NCBI GenBank assembly: GCA_012295275.1
Contig: CM022670.1
Coordinates: 22,878,001 to 22,942,000 of the forward strand
Reading direction: 5' to 3'
Source: Chrysomallon squamiferum
Lineage: Eukaryota; Animalia; Mollusca
Length of the DNA stretch: 64,000 nt
Positions within the stretch are counted from its first letter, which is position 1. Every line of letters begins with the position of its first letter. The position numbers and the translations under genes are program-made. Below are positions 11,408 to 22,400 of this stretch, in pieces. Below the pieces are notes generated by a model, which ran no database searches, was not told where the DNA came from, and saw only the letters and a list, made by a program, of their open reading frames with translations.

Positions 11408-11615
11408 TTTTTATTTTTATTTATTTTATTTTTTTGGTGATTTCTTAAAATGTTGTATTGTGTTATTTCAGGAGCTGAGTATGGTTTTACGCGAACCTCT
11501 GCTGAATCAGGAACACACTCCACAGAATCCAAATCTTCCAGTTCTGAGCATGCAGAATCACATTGAGAGTTTTGTCAATGCCTGCGTGTTCCACACCTGG
11601 TCATCCATGTTGTAA
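1..11615 (+). CDS. SZT2: SZT2 (KICSTOR complex scaffold), 3' portion; spliced CDS join(<1..28,465..535,848..1024,2989..3224,3541..3733,4034..4247,5074..5201,6159..6450,6677..6836,7541..7673,8190..8393,10689..10757,11472..11615)
   Basis: All 13 exons have GT..AG boundaries, and intron phases (1,0,0,2,0,1,0,1,2,0,0,0) join into one open frame ending at TAA 11613-11615. Motifs recalled from the SZT2 C-terminal region are present: [36 protein letters not shown], and the terminal FVNACVFHTWSSML. Confidence 0.9.
465..535 (+). CDS. SZT2: SZT2 exon (DTERLFRLQQLYFAWLRKNNSPVS)
   Basis: Acceptor ttacag at 463-464, donor TCT|GTAAGT, phase 1 to 0. Confidence 0.85.
848..1024 (+). CDS. SZT2: SZT2 exon ([23 protein letters not shown]...ESSKS)
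   Basis: Acceptor tttttacag, donor TCT|GTACGT, 59 codons, GC content raised relative to flanks. Confidence 0.9.
1195..1500. repeat. old diverged ~130-bp tandem duplication in an SZT2 intron
   Basis: ttttacaaa...tgttt(a/g)atattaaaact recurs at ~1215 and ~1352, with a third partial copy at ~1477. Confidence 0.6.
2183..2227 (+). CDS. SZT2: candidate symmetric 45-nt cassette exon of SZT2 (WSPKLTIPVIHSLSE)
   Basis: Acceptor tgtttcag, donor GAA|GTGAGT, 15 codons, no stop, phase 0-0 inside a phase-0 intron. Confidence 0.55.
2693..2769. repeat. (ATG)14-(ATC)n compound microsatellite forming a perfect 56-bp palindrome (2708-2763)
   Basis: Read directly; the centre GATC is at 2734-2737. Confidence 0.95.
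2989..3224 (+). CDS. SZT2: SZT2 exon (RSRHSSGASVAS...EGSRK)
   Basis: Acceptor tatttcag, donor AG|GTAGAT, phase 0 to 2. Confidence 0.9.
3437..3504. repeat. (CT)n microsatellite upstream of an SZT2 acceptor
   Basis: Read directly. Confidence 0.95.
3541..3733 (+). CDS. SZT2: SZT2 exon (YSNSKSVSPT...GITVNQQ)
   Basis: Acceptor ttacag, donor CAG|GTAACA, phase 2 to 0. Confidence 0.9.
4034..4247 (+). CDS. SZT2: SZT2 exon ([28 protein letters not shown]...NWLQQ)
   Basis: Acceptor ctggccag, donor G|GTGACA, contains the HVHSF.DFHLR motif. Confidence 0.92.
5074..5201 (+). CDS. SZT2: SZT2 exon (ESITVPDLP...VDADLEP)
   Basis: Acceptor atttcag, donor CCT|GTAGGT (the first donor of the 49-bp array), phase 1 to 0. 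Confidence 0.88.
5181..6015 (+). repeat. 49-bp minisatellite, ~17 copies, each containing the SZT2 exon end and donor (agacctagagcct|gtaggt)
   Basis: CTAG anchors at 5193, 5242, 5291, 5340 ... 5975 show a 49-bp period. Degenerate copies trail to ~6100. Confidence 0.95.
6159..6450 (+). CDS. SZT2: SZT2 exon (DYIFVKTDEYALV...RTSSQ)
   Basis: Acceptor ttggttag, donor AAG|GTAGAT, phase 0 to 1. Confidence 0.9.
6677..6836 (+). CDS. SZT2: SZT2 exon (GSSEIAAAG...EEVQAG)
   Basis: Acceptor atttag. The weak donor AAG|GTTCTT gives the phase 2 the next exon requires. Confidence 0.8.
7541..7673 (+). CDS. SZT2: SZT2 exon (DKIQQMVQLSRVKCSLDYLWKRM...SRDG)
   Basis: Strong polypyrimidine tract with tttcag acceptor, donor GGA|GTATGT. 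Confidence 0.88.
8190..8393 (+). CDS. SZT2: SZT2 exon (SLKCLSFEEFQELL...DSQQKYI)
   Basis: Acceptor gtttcag, donor ATT|GTAAGT (the first donor of the 27-bp array), 68 codons. Confidence 0.88.
8374..10597 (+). repeat. 27-bp minisatellite, ~80 copies (acagtcagcagaaatacaYt|gtaagtt), each containing the SZT2 exon end and donor
   Basis: The unit is visible directly, and a 9-aa periodicity appears in all translated frames (ISADCNLQC, VSYSQQKYT). Confidence 0.97.
10689..10757 (+). CDS. SZT2: SZT2 exon (LVLNPNYLDMFMMMSLDFRLEKA)
   Basis: Acceptor atttcag, donor GCT|GTGAGT, 23 codons. Confidence 0.88.
11472..11615 (+). CDS. SZT2: SZT2 terminal coding exon (ELSMVLREP...FVNACVFHTWSSML*)
   Basis: Acceptor atttcag, stop TAA. 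The C-terminus resembles the recalled vertebrate SZT2 ending (FVN..CF.LW..LL). Confidence 0.9.
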   Translation, partial: ELSMVLREPLLNQEHTPQNPNLPVLSMQNHIESFVNACVFHTWSSML

Positions 11616-12306
11616 ACTGTCTCGTACAAAACTAATGTGCAATATTATTTAACACTTTGCAAAGTGGTGCCTGGATTTTTCAACCTGTATGGATCATTCC
11701 ATCAGTCAAACTCCCTTTGTTTTTCTAACACTTTATTTATTCTGTTAAATTGACTGTGTTTACAGTTTGTTCACTTTTGTTGTTATATCTTTTGGTTTCC
11801 TAATAGTTTCTATATTCGTAATTCATAGATTTTTAAATTTGAGTCTTTGGTCAAAACCATTTTGCTTACAAATGTTCAGTTTAATACTGAAGTTAAGATG
11901 AATTCAGCATTTTGTTTTTCACAATGTATCAAAATTTTTAATTTAAAAAAAAATGTATTACTAGGTTTGTTGTATATATTTTTTTTCTTTAATATTGTTA
12001 TTTTTATTTTGTGTTTGTAAGATAAAAAACATGTATTAATATATTGACTGGTACTTTTAATATGATGAACAATATTACACTTTTTTTCAATGTTCCCAAG
12101 ATGTGGATCATGTGACATTTCCATTGTTTTGCTTTTATTTGTACTTACTGTTACCTTTGTTTTGTTGTTATGCTGGCACCTGAAGCTTATCCATTTTGAT
12201 TTCTGAAATATTTTAGCTTAGGAATGCCAATGTTCCAAAGATAAATAGATTTTTTTTTTTTCACTATCATTTGCTGTATTAACTTTATTATTATTATTAT
12301 TATTTA

Positions 12307-12346
<40 letters not shown>

Positions 12347-14816
12347 TTTAGATGGATTTTTATTTTATTTTTGCCATTTATTTTAGACTTCTTTCTTTTT
12401 GCCCTTTTGCTCATAAATCATGTAAAAATTAAAACTGTATATTTTTGAAGTTTAAGCTTGTTTACTGTAAATAATGTGACTATACTACATGTCTTTGTTT
12501 TTCTAAACATCACAACTTGTTCTGAAATATAGACCTGAATCTTCTGTATTTCATGTACAATAATGACATTTCAAATATTTGTAAAAATGATAAATACATG
12601 TTTTAATTAATATTTTAGCCAATAGAAATTTGTTAGCGATAACATATAGTTTGAATGTATCAAGTGCCATGTATATGCAATAGTATTTACATATTCTGTA
12701 ATAATTGGTACTAAGCATATAATAGTTATATATCAGCATACTGTTCTTTCAAACATGAATATTGTTGATAAATTACTTACATATAAACATTTATAAATGT
12801 ATGCAAACTATATAGCTATACTATTTAAGGTTATTGTTATAACACAATTTTTTGTTTTGATGAGATTAACAAGAATAATACTTATTTCAGCATTTCTGTT
12901 TAATAATCATTTAAAATGATATTTCATGATTTCCTATTGAATTGGGACATTTGTAAATTTCTAAGCCTAACAAACACAAATTAAATTTGATAAGTTGTGA
13001 TTGCTCATTATGTTTGTATTTACAATGTGTGTTTGAAAAAAAAAAAAAATTAGTGGTCACAAATATATCATGTGGAAGTCAAAAATATGTTGATTTGTAG
13101 CACCATTTTGTACAGTTTGGATGTGATGAAATTTTGTAATATTTTTATAACAACACTGAATGTTTCATTTGTTCTGTATTGTGATAGTGTTTTCTGGTCA
13201 ATGAATTATTCTGTGACAAACAATTATTCTAGAGTATCTAGAAAACATTTTAGAAAAGTGTTTTAGAAAGGTAAAAGTAAAATTAGTACTGGCACTCAAA
13301 ATTTCATCTTGGAACAATAACTGTAATTTTCCCCTCCTCAGTGTTAAAGATCTTGTAACAAAAAAAAAAAAAAAAAAAAAAAAGATTGTTTCTATCTTTA
13401 TTCCAACAAACATTATGTCTCATAATGTTCTCCAGTTTTTCAATCAAAAACATTAAAAAAAATATTTGAGTAAATGATGACTTTCACAATTTTATACATA
13501 AAAGCTTGAAAATGCACAGATGTCAAAGTATTTAACATACACAGATATTGCTTATTTTTCCTCAGTTTCATCCCATCCTGAAATCGGACTTAGAAGCCCA
13601 CCTCAAAAATTGTACAGCATTTTCTCTGAATATTTAAAAATGATATAAATTGCATAATTATCATCTGATTTATATAATTATAATAGCATTTAATTTAGAA
13701 TGAAAAGACCAGTGTAAAGAGATGTCACAAGACTTTCCTCAAACCAGAAAGCTGGTTGGGGATGTGGGCTATAAGGAGGGGTTCGAATGACTGAGTTCAG
13801 TTTACCTGATACAAGATACGTTTCACTTTGCAAGCCTCTTATAACAGAGCAATATGCTTATACAGCTAATTTCATTTTTTTATATAAAGGATATTATCAA
13901 GTTCTTGAGGAGTATCCAGTACTTGAGGAGTATCAAGTTTTCACATCTGTTTGATGTTTGCTTCTGACAACTTTCAACTATCTGCCAGTTTATCAGGTCC
14001 TCATCAAAAAGCTTTTTCTGTTAATTTGCTTCATATTGATTATTTTATTATTTCTAATTTTGTTTTTTAAATTGTAACAAAACCTTTAATGAAAAAATAT
14101 GCAATTATTCACCAGAATAAACTGAATTGTGGGCTAAAAACTAGCTCAGTAACTTATTTTAACATGATCTGTGATGCCATCTGAATAATCTTCATATCTC
14201 TTAGAAAATGCAGAAATTGCTGTTTTCAAAAAATAAGCAGAGTCTAGGATATTTTATCAAAATAAAATAAAAAATATGTGTTTAAAACTCCAAAACAAAA
14301 TTTTGTTTGAATAAATTAATTGCTGTTATAAGGTTTAAACATTTAAAAAAAAGAGATCTACTTATTATGTAACTTAAATCAGTTTGCTGTAAAGTTATTA
14401 GATAATAAAAATGTTAAATTTGACTGATGACTTTTATTCATTTAATTGTTATAAAATAAATTTTATATGATTAATCCAGATATTTATTTTCAGCTTATAA
14501 GCAGGGTGCATTTAGAATAATTTTTCTGATTTATTCTGGTTTGTCAGATTAGTTGAAAAAAAAGGTGTAGCTGTCTGTAAAGTTCTTTCATTGTGAGTTT
14601 TCAAGAGCTGATTAATATAATCCAAATAAAACAGATTTTCCCAGTGTGAGACTTTTGTCATATTTGTTCCTATGCTGGTATTTAGTATCATCATTTTAGT
14701 TATACTTGTGATAGTTTCAGGCAGTCTGTTATGTCTTTAAATAATAGCAATAATAATAAAACTAATGCAGTAATATTGTTCAGTTAGGCTTGCAATCTTG
14801 AAATGCATTGAATAAG

Positions 14817-14852
<36 letters not shown>

Positions 14853-17800
14853 TAAATAGGCATTTTCTGTTGAAGACAATTTAATAATTTAGGATAGTTG
14901 AAATTAGAAAAAAAAAAATTAAAAAAATTATGTTTGCCAGAAATGGCAAATCAGCACAAGCAAACAGAAGAGATAATTAGTTACCTGTATGGAAGTTTAA
15001 ATTTACAAAGAGAGAGAAAAAAAGTTAGACTGATTATTAATTAAGCAGTTTTGTTTAATAGCATTACTGAATAAATTCATTTTAAATCTCTTTTTCATCT
15101 GTTATCATATTAAACATAAAAAAGTACAACATCCTGTATGGAATTACATCCTAGATGACAGGATCTAGCAGCCCAAAAAGAGATACATCTTTAAAGTAAA
15201 ATTCTTTATATTTCCAAGTTGTTATTGTATTACTTTAGATGATTGCCCTTGATAAAATGGAATAGTAAAATAAAACTTAAAAAACATTTCAATGTTGCTA
15301 TTTTAAACCTTTAAGTCATGACATTGTGTATTTTTCTCACAGAAGAAACTTTAGAGCAAATAAGCCTGATTTATTGTTGAATACAGAAAGATACACTGGC
15401 CTACATTTTTAAACTATAGTCTTCTCTTGTTATCCTTCATTATTAATAGAGATTGGATGGCAAAAAACAAATGAAACATATGAAGAATGTTTTCTAATTA
15501 TTTCAGAAGATGCACTTTAATTAAGATACTGGGCAGTTCTGTTAAGTATATTTAATTTATTTGTCAACAGTAGTGTTTGAGATTCACCTCAAAATCACTT
15601 AAAACCAGATTTGAAAATAATTCAGATATTTAGTGAAATAGTTATTTGTATTTCTCTTATTTTTCTTGCGTTATTCAATTAAATAGCACCAAAAAAATTT
15701 TTTTAATCCGACATTTGTTTTGAGTTATAAATAAAAATATACTGATTTCATTTGTCTTATCTAGGGCTGCATGTAAAACAGAATAATGTAAAGAAGTAAA
15801 AATGAAAGAAAACTGAACTTGTATATATATATCTGTGTTTATTGCTTGAGACATATGAAAAGGTAGTATTACAACATATAAAATACAGTTAATCTGAATA
15901 AATGCACTCGCTAATGTAGCCTGTTATCATACCGCAGAACTGATTTATTGTAAATAATTTATTTTTTAATTTATCAAAAATCTAAATATAATTAAAGATG
16001 TCTATAATATTAAAATGAGTACTATGAAGTAATTAAAACAAAATTTAGATAAATATAAAATACTGAGTTGATTAGCCATTTTTCCGAAAATCAGGGTATG
16101 TTTAATTAATATTTTCAAAAACTTGGATTAAAATAATATATAAAAGATTTGTTATAAAGTTAATTTTGAAATTAAAATCCTTTAGTGTATAAAATTTAAT
16201 AATATATACAAGTATATAATATTAAATAAATATAGGAAATGAAGCAACCATACCACTGCTGTATAGATAGATATAAAGACTTGCTGAAAAATGTCAAATT
16301 AAAAAATAAAATAAATCCAGCTGTTTAATAGCATAGGAGATGACCAAGTTTTCGTGTCAGTGACTTAGTAACAAAACAAAAAGTCATAACTGATAATGAA
16401 ATTAACTACAAACAATCTATTAATTTTTTAGAAACATTTATGTTCAGTGGCATGACAACATTTTTATTCATTCTGCAGTCGGAAATTTCTGAACTTACAT
16501 TTTATTGTTCTGTGTAATCCATTAATATTCCATCTGCAAGATGAATAGGTATTAAAATGCCATACTAATTTATAATATATTTGTAAATAATATCTGAATA
16601 TATCATTGCACTTATATATACATATATAAGTATAGGTAGAATATATATTTACATATCTGTCTGTACAGTTTTAAATAAGGCACTCACAAGTTATAAAATA
16701 TTTAATTAGTCTAAATTGAGCTTTCTCTGGTGTTGGAGACTGACTGAACAAAGGAATGCTTGGTGTGTTTTATTTTTTAGGAATAAAATGATATTCACTT
16801 GACCTACAGCTAATTAAACTTTCAGACAAAATAAAAAGCTAATAATAAATAAATAATAAAACAATACCACACTGGGCCGGAATCCTTTGTATAGCTCTGT
16901 GTGCATGTCACTGTAGAAACACTTTGTTCAATTTTTAATGGCATACCTTTGTTCTTTGTTGTCATACACACTGGATAAACTCAACAAATGCTTCCTGGCA
17001 AAGAGGTGCTTGTCATCAACAAACACGTATATGCTTTGACATAAAGTTATCACAAACAATAGTACATGATCTACAGCACAACCTTTAACTGTCTTCTTAT
17101 TATGAACCAATATTACAAATAAAAAAATATACAAATACATTTACACATACACTTTTTGTACAACATTTTTTTTTTTTTTTTTTTTTTTTAATGACTGCAA
17201 CAGGAAACTATTACATGCAGATAGGGAATGAATCTAAAATAAAAATTTTCACTTTCATTTTTTTTTTTTTTTTTACTTTTTTTAAAAGTGATGCAACCAC
17301 AAGTTGACAATGTTTATGTTTCATCTTAATCTTGAACAACAGTCCAAATATTCTCAAAGATAAAAATTAAAAAAAGTTTTGTATATATATATATATGCTT
17401 TGAATAGATGCAGGCTTTTCAAAAGGGATTAACAATTTTTACACAGTATAGATTTTTAATGTTTTTTGTGTGATTTTCAGACAACATTTTCAGTTAAACT
17501 TAAACGATATTAGAATGGAATTTCAATAATTAATGCAATGCCCTACCATGTATATTAGAAAAATAATTCCATTAAAAGTATTTCATTAAAGTTTTAAATG
17601 TTATAAAGTTTTAATCCGTGTTATTTGTATAATTATAAACAGTAATCAGTGGTGTTCTTCTCATTAATGAAAAATCATCTTTTAACAGTTAGTTCTTGAA
17701 TAATTGTTAAAAAAAAAAAAAAAAAAAAAAACCCACGCAATTCATTAATTAAGTATATTTCTGTTTAGAACCAAAATCAATGCACCTATTTACAGTAACA

Positions 17801-19347
17801 GAATCCACATCAGGATACGTCTTCATATATTTCTTTCTTCTAAATATAATGGTTTATTTTGTTAAATGAAAATATTTGGTATACATGCTAATGTACAGCA
17901 AGTATTGGTTTTACCTTGTAACAACTTTTACATAAAGATATATACATATAACAAAATTATTTTGTTGTCCTCTGCATGCAAAACAAATATTAAAAATAAC
18001 AAATTCAAATGCTAAATACAAAATTTTTGTTAATTCAATCACTTGCATAGTTATTAATCATCTCTCTAATTTAAAAAAAAAAGAAAAGAAAAAAAGAAGA
18101 ATGAAAGAAGAAAAAAACAAAAACAAAAAGAAGAAAATGAGAAAGGAAAAATGTTATAATTTTAAAACACAAAAAAATCTTAACACTTTGTCTGGTAAGA
18201 AGGTTGTTGTTAGTGTAATTTTAACATTGTACAGTTAATGGTAATTTACATATAACATATCTATATACAACAGGATTATATATTACAATCCTTTGATATA
18301 TATTAATTTTATAAATTACCAAATTTAATTCCCCATAATTTTTTTTTTTTTTTAAATTAATTTAATGCTCTTTTCATTTTGCATATCAAAACTTAATAAA
18401 TGTACAAACTATTCTACATATGAACAGTAACAAATTTAACAAAATTCTAATTTCAGAATAATTTAGTAATTTTTATTTTATAATATCTATTTTTCTTCAC
18501 ATGTATTTATACGTACATTTTTAAATACTGGCACTGTTTAACACTGATCAGATCATTAACTTTTTAAATTAATATTACAAAACTGTAACCATAAACAAAC
18601 AAACAAAAAAATGGCAATCTTGATAACAAATTTATATACTGATTATAATGCTGTGCCATAACAAACCAAAACAAACTTCATTTGGTCAAATTTTATACAT
18701 TATAATAAATGAATTTTAAGCTTAAATTTGTAAAATATTAAGAGCTTTCTAGAAATAACATTTTTCATTGATGAAAAAAACAACAAAGTCAGACATTTTA
18801 TACACAAATAAGAATGTTTCTTGCAAAACACAAGAACTTTGTTAATATTCAGTAGAGTTTTGATATTGTCATTTGTTTCGGTATCTAACAAAATCAGTTT
18901 TAATAAACACAAAATATTTTATTGTTATTAGAAAACTATTTTTTGCTGAATATGATAATAATATTATAGTTTCAGGTATTACATTATTGTATTAGGATTT
19001 TAGGTAGATACAAAACAAGACACCAGTGTTACAAGCATGAACAGGTAAGTGCATGTAAATATGTATATGTGTGCATGCATATTAAATTTTATCCAAAATA
19101 CAGTTTGATCATTGTAACCGTTATTATCAAATCAGAAATTATTAGTTTAAAATCTGAATATGCTCTAAAACGTAGATCATGACTGAATTAATGGTAAAAT
19201 GTAAGAAAAAAAAAAAAAAAAGGAAAAAAAAGAATTATGCTTAAAAAAATTGTTCTAACTCAGATCACATTTTTGTGTTTTGAACATGGTGAGGAAGGAA
19301 TGATTCTGTAGTAACACTGACTAGTGTCCAGGCAGCCAGTTCTGGTG

Positions 19348-19486
19348 TCACTTGTTGCACATCTGTTCCCACTGAGCTGCAAGATTCACTCTCTTTGGCG
19401 TCAAACGTTCACTTTCAGCCTCACCATTCTCGCTCGTCTCCTTTGGACTTTCGTTTTCTGCTGGGTTCGGTCGGCAGTGTAATTTT
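19348..19486 (-). CDS. terminal exon of MISP/AKAP2-like gene (KLHCRPNP...KRVNLAAQWEQMCNK*)
   Basis: Acceptor ttcttcag in phase 2 matches the upstream exon, stop TGA at 19350-19348. LAAQWE resembles the recalled AKAP2/MISP terminal LALRWE motif. Confidence 0.82.
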
Positions 19487-22400
19487 CTGAAGAACAAATG
19501 TTTAGTTTAGTGTTTTCAGTAAAGTACCACAGCAACTGACATCATATAAATAGAAAAACTGTCTGGATATAAGCATGATCGTAATAAGCGTTTTTCAATT
19601 TTTTATTATGTTACTTTGTTCAGGAAAATATTATTAGTGTGTGATTCAGTTGTTGTACATTAATTGCAGTATCTACAACACTGGAAAATTTGCCCTGGTT
19701 TTCATATAATGGCTTATTTTACATTTGCCCCTTTGCTAGTGAATTAGTTTTATAAAGTATCTTAAAATCAGCTCTTTATATGGCTATTCTTGTTAACTTT
19801 AAAAGCATTGTTGGATGATGCATACCATTTGTTTTCAGTCAAAAGTTTTGAAATCTTTAAACTTTATTTACACAAAAAAACAAAAACAAGGATGAATTCC
19901 AAATTTGTAGCTCATTGGCAAAACATTTTAAATATTGTTAGAAATAGAATTTTATGTTTTAATAATTATGATTTTCACCCAGTGTTATATAAGACTACTG
20001 TTGCTTGGTTTAAATATGGTTCTGCTACTGCTCAGTAATATCCAAGGACTTCTAGTGAAATACATTTTACAGTATCTATAGAAGTGAAAAATAAAACAAG
20101 ACTGTTATCTTTAAGTTGTTATGACCAAAAAAAAAAAATATAATCAGCTTTTAAACTGGTAAATACAAGTACTTATTTTCCAACAAGATAATTCCAAGTC
20201 ATTTATTTATTATCGTTTTATGGATAATGGTGAATAATAAAATGCCAAATGATAAACACATTTTGAGTTTATATACTAAAGGAAAACATTTCTGCATTAC
20301 ACAATTTGATAAACAATATCTCTGACAACTGATTTTATGTTGTACCAAATTAATTTTGAAAGAAAAAATAATTCTGTGATAATTCTGTGCCCATATGTTT
20401 ACAAATTTTCATCTAATTATTAAAGAAATGCAGAAGGAAATACAAAATTATTTTAAGACATCAGTATCTTCATGTACAGTTCTGACTGTCATATATAGTT
20501 TTAATAGATGTTAGCATGAACATAATAAATCTATAACAACCCTGCACATTTCTGAAGTTGTAATATTTCTTCATCCTTTTTTCCTTGTTAGACATGACTC
20601 ACAATATATATGTACTGACACAAATGCAGATTAATGAAAGTAAATAACCTGATTTTACTACAGTTATACAGTTGAATAATAAAAGCTTTAAACAAGATTA
20701 ACAGACATTTTAATAAACTAATTAAAAACCAACCAATTTCAAAGAAAAAAGAATTATCATTTTCAGTTCAAATTAAAACACAAATATATAAATCTTTTCT
20801 TTCCTTCTTTTTTTTTTTTTTTTTTTTTGTCACTGATGATTACTAGGTTTTGAACACAAAAATTTCCTTCCAGCACATCAGGTAATTAATCATGGAGTAG
20901 AGTGTCAAGTGAACTCTGTTTTCTTGTTCACACAACCCCTAACACATCTGAGTAATGACACCACGTAGACAAAGTTATTTCATGTTTAAACATAATAATA
21001 ATTAAAAAAAAGCAAGTTCATCTGTCACTGAAAACTGAGTTTGATAACAACAAAAAGAAATTCTTCAAATAACTTCAAATAAGATGTTTTTAAAATGACA
21101 ATGTCAAATTTAACGAGCCTGCAACCTGTCTACGAGCTGTGTATAATTTGAAACTGTTTGAAACGTGACAATGAAAACAATGGTGTTCTAGTGTACTTTT
21201 CAGTCACTATAATCTCTTTTGTTCTGTTATTACATTACAGGTACTGTGTATTGTAATGAATAGCTTAGTTTAAAAAAAAATCAGGCCTTGTTCTTTCTTG
21301 TACTAAGGTTTTCAGATAAAAAAAAATTATGTCTATAATAATTTAATGACCTTTCCTATTTACCTTCACAGTAGGTCTCTGCATCTTAGTTTTCATTCAT
21401 ACTGCTTGGTTTATTCAGTAGCAGTGAACAACAACAAGAAGACATTTTTTTTTTTTTTTTTTAAAGATAACAAGAAAGCACTTGTAAGAAGCAAACACAG
21501 CTATTTTAGAAGGGTACATGCACTGTTTGTTTTTTTTTGCGTTTTTTTTTCATTTTTTTAATTCAAGGCTAAAGAAGTCAAAATTATCATGACACAGTAA
21601 CAAATTTTGTGTCTCTTTTTAAAAAAAAAATGATGTGGCAATCATTAAACACCTCATTCTTTAGTTTCTGCTTTAAAACTGTTTATTCAGTATTGTATTA
21701 CTTCATTTTTCATCTGTAATGCAAATATTTTCATTCAAGCCCTGACTATTAGCAATCAGAAACTGACATGTTTATGGTTTGAACTCACTGCACAGTTTTA
21801 GACAGTAAATTATAAAATGTTGTAATAAAATTACATAGCTATGTATATGTGTACTATTTGCCAAATACATAAACATAAATTAGAGAGAGACACTGTCATT
21901 AAAACTGACTGGATAGTTTTAGGTAGTGTTACACAAGTTACTGGACAAGTGTGTACAAAAGGCACACAAGGTGTAAAGTCACAAATAATTGGTTTGGCTA
22001 AAAATTCACTACCAGTACATATCGACAAGCAGCACTTCAGTGTTATGTACGTGTGCTGTACATCCATAAAGGAACTTTTTCTTTTTTTAACATTCTACAG
22101 ATAAGAAAATATTTCAACTCTACAGCATGTCTGTTTGAAAAAATAATATGCATAACAAAGGAAAACACCAAAAATAAAAATATCCTTCACAAAAAAAAAA
22201 AGAGAAAAAGAGAAAAGGAACAATTTTTGTTTCTTCTAACAAATGTGTCAAACAAATAACAGATGTTTCACAAAATTAATGGTAAAGACAAACACCTTTT
22301 ACCAGAATAAATGTTGAATTTCCCAAGCTCTATTAGTTTATAATACAAAAGTATTTGTTAAATAAAAACAAAAGAGACAAGCCCACACATTTGAACAGTC

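Noticed and set aside
13895-13939. 18-bp direct repeat x2.5 (tatcaagttcttgaggag) downstream of SZT2
   Set aside because: A small local slippage duplication with no element ends or other support.
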